The position numbers were made by a program, and so were the translations under genes. This document shows, piece after piece, positions 42,091 through 64,000 of a DNA stretch of 64,000 nt. The notes under the pieces are model-generated. The model was not told the origin of the DNA, searched no databases, and saw only the letters and a list, made by a program, of their open reading frames with translations. The first letter of the stretch is position 1. Every line of letters starts with the position of its first letter. Location: contig CAVNZM010000012.1 of assembly GCA_963693365.1 (NCBI GenBank), positions 3,817,292 to 3,881,291 on the forward strand, given 5' to 3'. Source of the stretch: Amoebidium appalachense. Its lineage: Eukaryota > Protista > Ichthyosporea.

Positions 42091-42549
42091 CCCGCACAGA
42101 GCTCGCATCGATCCCGCAAATAATGGCGGCGGGGGGAAATATTTTATGGAAAGCGCTTTCATTGGTGTTCTGGCCAATCTGGCGCGAACGTTGGTGATTG
42201 GACCTAAGTTGGAGTCATGCTCTCGTCATGAATTTCAGTAGAGGCAACAGCACTATTGTAAAAATACAGATGATTCGTCAAGAAGTTTTTGTCTATCTTA
42301 TAAAGTTGAGCTTTAAAAAATATAATGGTTGTTTTGTAACTTTAGATCATGTACTAAAATCGCCAAAAACCAACCTGAATAGCGACTATTAAACACGTCT
42401 ATTTATTTTAAGTGCTAGGAGCTCATTATGCGTATTAAGTAGAAAAATAATAATATAAAACAATATTTCAAGCATTTTAAAGCCTTTGAAATATTATTTT
42501 ACAGCGTTATGTAGGTGCTACATACAACTCTTTACAACCTACCTAGAGT

Positions 42550-42625
42550 CAAAGTCGTGATTGGCTCACCAAATAACCAAATATAGTAGAAGCGCCAAAC
42601 TGTCTATTCGTGATTGGCTTAGGGT
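42550..42625 (+). promoter_or_regulatory. Putative RAD7 promoter elements
   Basis: Two GTGATTGGCT (reverse CCAAT) boxes at ~42557 and ~42610 flank GCGCCAAA (E2F-like, ~42592), about 200-270 bp upstream of the ATG. Confidence 0.4.
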
Positions 42626-42822
42626 CCAGCGCTCGAAACCCACATGAATTCATGCATGCCCAGTGCCCACAACTTGTTTGAAGTCCTTATTGTTTATTTT
42701 CGGTTTCTCGCAAGCACAGCGACCTCGACGCTTTGCTGCATCTTGCTTTTCCTTCCCTAGCCTTTTTTTTTTTTAATTATTTTCCCCAACCTAGATTGAA
42801 CTTGATTCCCTTTAATAAAAAA

Positions 42823-55896
<13,074 letters not shown>

Positions 55897-56712
55897 ACAG
55901 GAACCCATACATCTCACCCCCCCCCCCCCCCCCCCCCCCCCCCTCCCCCCCCCCCCCCCTCACGCCCACGGCTTTAATATCCGTTGTTGTGTGCTGGTAT
56001 CAATAGCGGCTGGGGGGTTGTTATGTGAAGGTTGAAAACCAGAGGGTGTGTGTAGGTGTGCGAAAACGCATAAGGCGAAAGGCTAGAGACTAGAGTTGTT
56101 TAAAGGTCTTAGTAGTTGGTGGTTTACATCGGCGTGTATATGCAATACTGATGCCTTTCTTACGTCGCTTTCTATTATTATTAGATACTCAGGCATTGTT
56201 AATGAGACGGATATGCCAAGATGGTTATCACGGTGATGACATGGGTAAGAAAATGCACATGATGATATCTGAACATAATAAATATGAAAGAGTATAAAAC
56301 ACACGTTGGCAAACCATCATATTTATGAGTAGGCTGTGCGCTTATGAAATATTGATTGAAGTGCATTATTTATGAAGTTGTTGACGCTATATTGACACTT
56401 GCGGGTGCGCGTGCATGGGTTGCGAATGGTACATTGTTAACAGCAAGCTTCACCAGGTTAAACAAATGCTCAGTTGTCGGTTTGAAATAATGATATTCCA
56501 AGGTTCGTTTGCTTGGCATGCTGTTGTGACGTACAAGCTAATACATTCGCCACACACACCGCGTGGCCCCCTCGTGTCGTGCGTGCACGTGATGACGACC
56601 CTTCCGGTGGACGTGCAGGAGGTGTTGGGCGCAAACATAGGACGCACAAACACACGTGCACACACAAGCACACGCATACCGTGACGTACATGTACACAAA
56701 GATGTACAGTAC

Positions 56713-56771
<59 letters not shown>

Positions 56772-56824
56772 TGCGCGCACGCGTACACAGGCATTCCCCC
56801 TCCCCTCCACCCCCTCTTTCCCCC

Positions 56825-59076
56825 TGTTATGTTATATGGGTGTATGTGGTCCTCGGTGGGTTCTCTGTGGTGGTCTGTGTGCTATGTGCTCTTTAAAGAG
56901 TCTCGGGTATGTCTCAACCTGTGACCCATCTTTAATGCAAGACCTCATGTGTGCCTGTGTCCAACTGATCTCAACTGACAACCGAGACCCGCTCAGGAGT
57001 GACGGTTATACATGTACTTTGGGTCAGGGCTCAGCTAGGCTATCCATATATGGTAATCATTACATCCATATAATTGGTTCATAGGGTAGATTCTCAACCG
57101 CGTGTGCTTCAGTCACACCACATCACTCCCCCCTCAAGATCCTTCGTCCTCGAAGGATTCAGAGACCTGCTCCCTTAGGAGGCAAAGGATGTTAGTAATT
57201 TGGTCAGTATGAGGAGTAGCCGTAGCCTTTGCAACTTTCACCTTCGAGTACCATGCATACCATTATCATCCCAAGTGCCATTGAATATCTTTATCAGCAG
57301 AGGGCATAACCATGTGACCACTTGGGTTCACGTCTGTGAGTGCTTATCATGCACCTTTTACTGTATTATTATAATTAGAAATCTTGGTATGCCTCTGAAG
57401 TGCTCTCGGCACTTAGCACTTTCATCATAATTGCAGTTTCAATAGCACGTCATGTGCAGCTCAATATATATCATAATGAGCTCTTAGGTTCTTGCATCTG
57501 GGTCTTTGTACTGTATATACTTTGAGTCTCTCTGAGACATATTCAACTCGTAGAGATAGCATATATCTCTGTTATGCTTTCTTCCTTAGATTCAAGCTCT
57601 TTGAGCTTTTTCATTTCTATTCGTTTCGTTTCGTTTCTTTGTTGTATATGTTTCAAATATGGCATCATTTTCTGTGCCTTTGCAGTGCACATCAAACGTG
57701 CAATTTCCTTCGTGCTTTTCTCTGTAAAGCTGGCTTCACCAGCCGCACGTTTTCCTTCTTGTGTCTCATTATGCCACATTCTCAATTATTCAATAGCATT
57801 ACTTTCATCTTCTTTTTCATTTCAAGTTATCTGTTGTTAGTTTCTTCGTTAAACTTTCTTGGTTTCTGTTTCAAATACTTCGTTTCTTTACTTTAAAGTT
57901 TTCGAAGATTTTGGTTCTGGTACTTCAGCAGTTGACCTGCTGTTGTTGGGCATTCTGCCTTAGCAAGATATATCTGAAGGATATTTCTTTTTGCAGGTTC
58001 ACATGTCTCTCAGTCTCACTCGCTTTCTGTGTCTTGGTTTGCGTCCCATATTTTGCTTTCTCTTGTCTCCTCTTCTCTTTTAAAAAATATCAGTCAGGTG
58101 TAAGTAAAAGGGGAGAAGAGAGGAGAACTTGTAGGGGGTTACCGTCCTTGTGCGCCTGGGCTGTCCCTCTTGCAGTGTAGTAAACGGACGTAGCTGTAGC
58201 ACAAACAGCGTGTTGCACTTGAAGCAAACACGTACATCGACAAGCGTTTCACGCTGGTAGTTCAAAGGGACTGTATCGTCGTCGTAGCAAAAAAAAAGAA
58301 AAAAACTTGGCAGCGTTTTTTCGTCGAAGAGTCGAAGCAGAAGCAGGGCCGAGGAAGCACGTTTTGCACGTCTCCAAAAACAATCGTTCCCGATTGATCA
58401 ATTTAAATTAGGTCTGGGAAACATGACCATATATGGGTAAAACTAAAATTAACGATGCTTTCCTGGCCAATCATAGGCTTCCACGTCTAACGGCAGAAAA
58501 GGGCGCAAAAGCACCGATCGAAAAAAATTTCAGTCCGCGCGAGGAGCCGTAAAAGAAAGGCCGGAAAAGATGTGAAGATTCTGCACCTTTCAACCAAAGG
58601 TGTCTGAAAGTCGTAGTAAAGGCGTCATCAAGAGTGGAAAAATAGGCACTTTGTGTTATTGTTATGCGTTTTAGCTTTAGAGAATGCTATAGTTATGTGT
58701 GTTCTCGAAAAAAAAGTTCTAAAACTTTGGCTGTGACCATCACAGAAATACCACCAGAAACGGGTGTAGCTCAGATGTTATGTTATATGTGTAAATACGG
58801 TGGTCAGCATGAAGGTATGTGCTGTTAGTAGAGTCTCGGGTTATGTCCACCTAGATGGCCGTGGGTTATGTCTCAACCTGTGACCCATCTTTGATGCAAG
58901 ACCTCGTGTGTGCCTGTGTCCAACTGATCTCAACTGACAACTGAGACCCGCTCAGCAGTGACGGTCAGGGGTCAGCTAGGTTATCCATATATGGTAATCA
59001 TTACATCCATTTCATTGGTTCATAGGGTCGGGATTCTCAACCATGTGTGAAGTTCAGTCACACCACTCCCCCCTCG
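56825..59076 (-). mobile_element. Non-autonomous / degenerate Ty3-Gypsy (chromovirus-like) LTR retroelement
   Basis: Direct repeats of ~290-300 bp at 56825-57122 and 58776-59066, both starting TGTTATGTTATATG and ending CAGTCACACCA on the + strand. On the - strand, CGAGGACGAAGGATCTTGAGGGGGGAGTGA|TG is a polypurine tract abutting the left LTR. The 1.65-kb interior has only broken ORFs, with no RT or integrase. Confidence 0.85.
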
Positions 59077-59689
59077 AGCTCTCCGGAATCCCCCCGCTCC
59101 CCCTACGTACACTGCTGCACCCCACACACAGGGAGGTCGAGTTCTTTTCATTTCGTTCCTACTCAAAAAATTCCGTGCATATATGATATATATGTGTGGG
59201 TAATGTGCAATTTTTCTTTTCTTTTCTTTTCTTGGGTGGGTGGGGTGAAGGCTGAGCTGGAGTCGACGGGGTGGCGAATCGAGCCCAGAACCAAATCGAT
59301 GCAGGAGAGCTTGCACAGTTCAACAGCAGCCCCCCCCCCCTCCAGCCCCCCCCCCCCCCCCCCCCCCCCTCCCCCCCTCCCTCCCTCCCCCCCCCCTCCC
59401 CCCCCCCCCCCCCCCCCCCAAATGAAAATGACCCAACCCACCCACCGACCCACTTAACCCAGCTAGGGGGAAAAAAAAAGAAAGAAAAAACTTTAAGCCC
59501 AGGGGACTCGCTGGGAATTGGGAAGAGCCCCCCCCCCCCCCTCCCCCCCCCCTCCCCCCCCCCCCCCCCCCCTTCTCCTCCCCCCCCCCCCCCATCAGCT
59601 CGCCCCCCCTCCCCCCCCCCCCCTCAACCTCCCCCCGGGCCCCTTCCCCCTTCCCAGCGAGCCCCCTAGGCATTTCATTTTATTTTTTT

Positions 59690-60640
<951 letters not shown>

Positions 60641-60925
60641 CGACACAAGCTTGAATTCGAATGTATGTTGCTGGCCGGCCAAATTTGAGCCTGGCAGACT
60701 GTGCCGTCGAGTTCTTCAATTCTGTACTACTGACATGTATTGTAGTAGCAATAGTGGTAACTTCGTTTATATATTTTGTCTTGGCACAACAGGATGTGAG
60801 CTGAGTTGTGGATACCATGTACATCGTTGTAAATTTGCTAGGCCCCAGCCAAAACATGATCCGAAGTCAGGCGCACAGCCAGGCCGCGCATGCGACCGTC
60901 GAGAGGGGCCCCGGGGCCCGGGGGC

Positions 60926-60958
<33 letters not shown>

Positions 60959-61198
60959 GCGTAAGACTCTTAGAAAAAGACTTGAATGGAGGATAAGCTC
61001 AAGGGGTTTACGCTGTTTACTCGAGGCAAAGAGAACCAGTCTCAGGTATGGGGGGGGGGGTTTTGCTCGGAATATCCCCTCAGCGGTATATCATGATCAC
61101 GTACATAGATGTCGGGTGGTGACTATATATCAGGGTTTACTTTCTCTACGAGACACCATAAAGACTACAAGGAGAAATCAATTAGTTGGGGTTCCCCG

Positions 61199-61259
61199 TT
61201 TTTTTTTTTTTTTTTTTTTTTTTAAAGGGGCTCCCCTCGGGACACTCAGTATCAGCTGG

Positions 61260-61344
<85 letters not shown>

Positions 61345-63523
61345 TGCGCTATAATTTTGTAGTGATGTGTTTCTCAAGCCAATCAATACATCTAATAAAC
61401 AGGTCGTAGTTACGCGTGTTTAGTATAAAATCAAGGATGTTGTAATTTACAGGTAGGCTATCTTTCTGGGTGTCTGTTGTGAATGTGACGTGTGTGTGTT
61501 GCGGTATTATGTGGTCTATCAAACTACATTTGGCGATACATGACCGGTTAAACTGGTGTGCGTGTGTGTTGTTTGGGCATGCAAATGATGCCACCTTATA
61601 CTTATTAGATCTCCACTGTATAGCACGTGTACAGTAAAAGCGTGGTAATTGATCAATAATACCATCAGCTAGAGAAAGACCAGTTCTACAGGAAGGTAAT
61701 ATGTATTTAGGTGTTATACACTTGCGAGTGCCATATTTGGCAATATGGTTGAGGCGGTCAGTATATATAAAACGAGACATAAGGCTTAGTTTTTCAAGGT
61801 GTATGCTTTCATCGGGTCTAGTGTCGTGTGGTATCTTTTTCCATTTGTTATATTGCGTGATTATCTTGTGATTGTGTACATGTTTAACAAGTAAGTGGCA
61901 GTCCAAAGTCACACACACACTATTGCGGGGTTTATTTGTATTTGTGCCCAGGGGAGAAGGGGAGAGAGAGGGGAGGAAAGAGGGGAGAGGTGAGGAGGGG
62001 ACAGGTCGGATAGAGAAGAGAGGGTGGGAGGGCAAATACTTCTTTAAGCGGCTTATGTGCTTATTGAATTTCAGCGCGAGATAGGATACTCTAGCAGCTA
62101 TTGGGACAAGACCATATATCGACTCGGAGAGCGTTACAGGCCCAGGTTTACAACAGTTGTTAGATAGAAAGGAGGCAACTTCTGCTTCAAGGAAATTTGC
62201 CAGGGGTTTAAGCGCTCTAGTTCTCTCTTTCTTGATCCAAGCGGCGAGAAGGGGTAAACCATATTCACATGCCGGGAAGACAAAAGTGCGAATAAATGTA
62301 AGTCTAATAGAAGGATGGAGGGGTGTGTCTTTAAAAATATTAGCCGAGAAGAAAGCTAACCGCTTACGAGCCAACTCTACCCTCTTTTCGACCATATGGG
62401 GAAACATAACACCAACAGAATCAACCGGAACACCAAGATATTTGTATTCTGGAACTATAGGTACAGGTTTAGATGATAATGTAAATGTGTGTAAATTGTT
62501 AGCTATATCAGGTACAAGAACACCACATTTGTCTATGTTAAGGATCATAAGGTTTGCCTTGCACCACTCTGACACTACATCGAACAATCTTTGCAGGCGT
62601 CTAGGGGTACGGGCAAGGAGGGACAGATCATCAGCATAGAGAAGTGCAGGCGGAAAGTTATTAATAGGGTCATCGTTTTCGGCGTAAATCTTGACAGCCA
62701 AATCATCTATAAATAGGTTAAACAAAAAGGGGCTAAGCAATGAACCCTGCAAGAGACCTCTAGTACGAGCAAAACCATATGAAAGATGCCCATTAACCAC
62801 AGCTCTACCATAGGTTTGAGACAAGAGTGCTTCTAACAGAACACCAATGCAGTGTGGTACACCCCGTGCAGCAAGCTTTTCCCATAGGAGACCAGGGGAG
62901 ACAGAATCGTAAGCAGTTTTCCAATCAATAAAGCCAACATATTGTGCACCAACTTGCATAGAATCGTGCAGTGCCATTATTTGAACATAACATGAATTGT
63001 TTTTACGAAAAGCGGATTGGCATGGGTGTATGTGAAGAATAGATTGAAACCTAGGGTGATGTGCAAATAACCTAAGTAAGCAAGCTTCAAAGAATCTACG
63101 AACAACCTGGGTTAGTGTAATGGGGCGAAAGGATGATATGGGGCCCTCAGAGTCCTTCTTAACTATGGGGATCACTAAGGTATCTAACCAAGATGACGGG
63201 ACATGTCCACATTTAACACACCAAGAAAAGAGAGAGCTTAACATGATAGTAAGATCAGGTTTAATAGCACGATCACTTTCCTTTTGTGGGTAGGAGGGAA
63301 CAAGGATTTTAAGAAACCCAGCAGGGAGTCCATCAGGTCCACAAGACTTACTAGAGCTATAACTAGATATCACAGACCATATGGCATCGGGACTGAAAAA
63401 GGGGAGGATCGATTCTATGGGGATAGATGGGTCTACAGGCCACACAATAGGTTTCTGAGCGGGGGTCCTATCTTTAAACAGTTCCGAGAAATACTTATCA
63501 GAGTCTATGAGGGGTGTCGTATC
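61199..63523 (-). mobile_element. 5'-truncated non-LTR (LINE-type) retrotransposon
   Basis: An RT ORF is followed on the - strand by a (CA)n-containing 3' UTR and an A-tract (T-run at 61199-61223 on +). No endonuclease domain or ATG lies upstream in frame. Confidence 0.8.
61349..63523 (-). CDS. Non-LTR reverse transcriptase ORF (open ~725 codons, no initiator ATG)
   Basis: Motifs KSCGPDGL, VIPIVKK, FRPITL, QSAFR, FIDWKTAYDSV, GLLQGSLLSPFLFNLFIDDL, YADD, LNIDKC, YKYLGV and a C-terminal Cys/His cluster. The frame stays open upstream of the called GTG to a TAG at 63526-63524. Confidence 0.93.
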   Translation of the reverse strand, partial: DTTPLIDSDKYFSELFKDRTPAQKPIVWPVDPSIPIESILPFFSPDAIWSVISSYSSSKSCGPDGLPAGFLKILVPSYPQKESDRAIKPDLTIMLSSLFSWCVKCGHVPSSWLDTLVIPIVKKDSEGPISSFRPITLTQVVRRFFEACLLRLFAHHPRFQSILHIHPCQSAFRKNNSCYVQIMALHDSMQVGAQYVGFIDWKTAYDSVSPGLLWEKLAARGVPHCIGVLLEALLSQTYGRAVVNGHLSYGFARTRGLLQGSLLSPFLFNLFIDDLAVKIYAENDDPINNFPPALLYADDLSLLARTPRRLQRLFDVVSEWCKANLMILNIDKCGVLVPDIANNLHTFTLSSKPVPIVPEYKYLGVPVDSVGVMFPHMVEKRVELARKRLAFFSANIFKDTPLHPSIRLTFIRTFVFPACEYGLPLLAAWIKKERTRALKPLANFLEAEVASFLSNNCCKPGPVTLSESIYGLVPIAARVSYLALKFNKHISRLKKYLPSHPLFSIRPVPSSPLPSFLPSLSPSPLGTNTNKPRNSVCVTLDCHLLVKHVHNHKIITQYNKWKKIPHDTRPDESIHLEKLSLMSRFIYTDRLNHIAKYGTRKCITPKYILPSCRTGLSLADGIIDQLPRFYCTRAIQWRSNKYKVASFACPNNTHAHQFNRSCIAKCSLIDHIIPQHTHVTFTTDTQKDSLPVNYNILDFILNTRNYDLFIRCIDWLEKHITTKL

Positions 63524-64000
63524 CTAATGTATGTGTACTAGAGACGCGGCACTCTACTAAGTGTACACACACGAAAAGGAACGAACGTGTACAGAAAAAC
63601 GGTAAAGTTTATTAAGACCAGGCTCCGACGGGCAAACTTAGAACCGTACGGATTGAGTCTAAGTTACGACTGAGGCCATCAAGGCCGTGCCCTACAAGAT
63701 CATCATCACCTGGCCCCCTACGATGCCACATTCCATTAACATTCCGATCTACTTTTATCGTGCGCCTGCACGAGCTAAGTCGATCTACTCAACTAATATA
63801 TTTATCCAAGTCTCACCCCTCACCCTCCCCCTAGTGGCACCGCAGAGTCTAAATCTACATTTCATACTATCCTCCCCCCCCCCTCCCTCCCCCCCTTTCC
63901 TCTACATCTAAATATATAAATACGTTTGGCAACATATACTATCAAACCTTGCCAATCCTTACAAAAGGGCTTCTGCCCGAACAATGACATTCCTAAGTCC

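Noticed and set aside
58758-58775. tRNA gene at GGGTGTAGCTCAGA
   Set aside because: No anticodon arm, T-arm or acceptor stem follows. It is the LTR-adjacent primer region.
61920-62002. Spliceosomal intron inside the RT ORF (GT + C-rich ... AG)
   Set aside because: The 83-nt length would shift the frame, and the ORF is already open through it.

Overview
Eukaryotic genomic DNA with intron-rich genes whose introns are saturated with poly-C/poly-G, (CA)n/(TG)n and (AG)n tracts. Almost all ORFs in the supplied track are microsatellite artefacts. By hand-splicing at GT-AG sites I recover five genes: gamma-secretase subunit APH-1 (- strand, runs off the left edge); APC/C subunit CDC26 (-), head-to-head with a ~39-exon condensin II subunit NCAPD3 (+); an intronless UNC93-like MFS transporter with a single +1 G frameshift; and a 20-exon RAD7/Rhp7-like LRR protein carrying an unexpected N-terminal PHD finger. 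The right end holds a non-autonomous Ty3/Gypsy-type LTR element and a 5'-truncated non-LTR retrotransposon with an intact RT frame. APH-1, condensin II and RAD7 together suggest a non-animal, non-dikaryan eukaryote such as a unicellular holozoan (inference). Most notable: (1) a strand-polarised intron grammar, with poly-C just after donors and (CA)n or A-rich sequence abutting the acceptor AG in place of a polypyrimidine tract; (2) a dispersed intronic repeat family, bounded by poly-C, with a covarying long hairpin; (3) the PHD-RAD7 fusion; (4) degenerate duplications of intron/exon junctions. Exon boundaries are manual and may be off by a few nt. Homopolymer lengths may be assembly-distorted.
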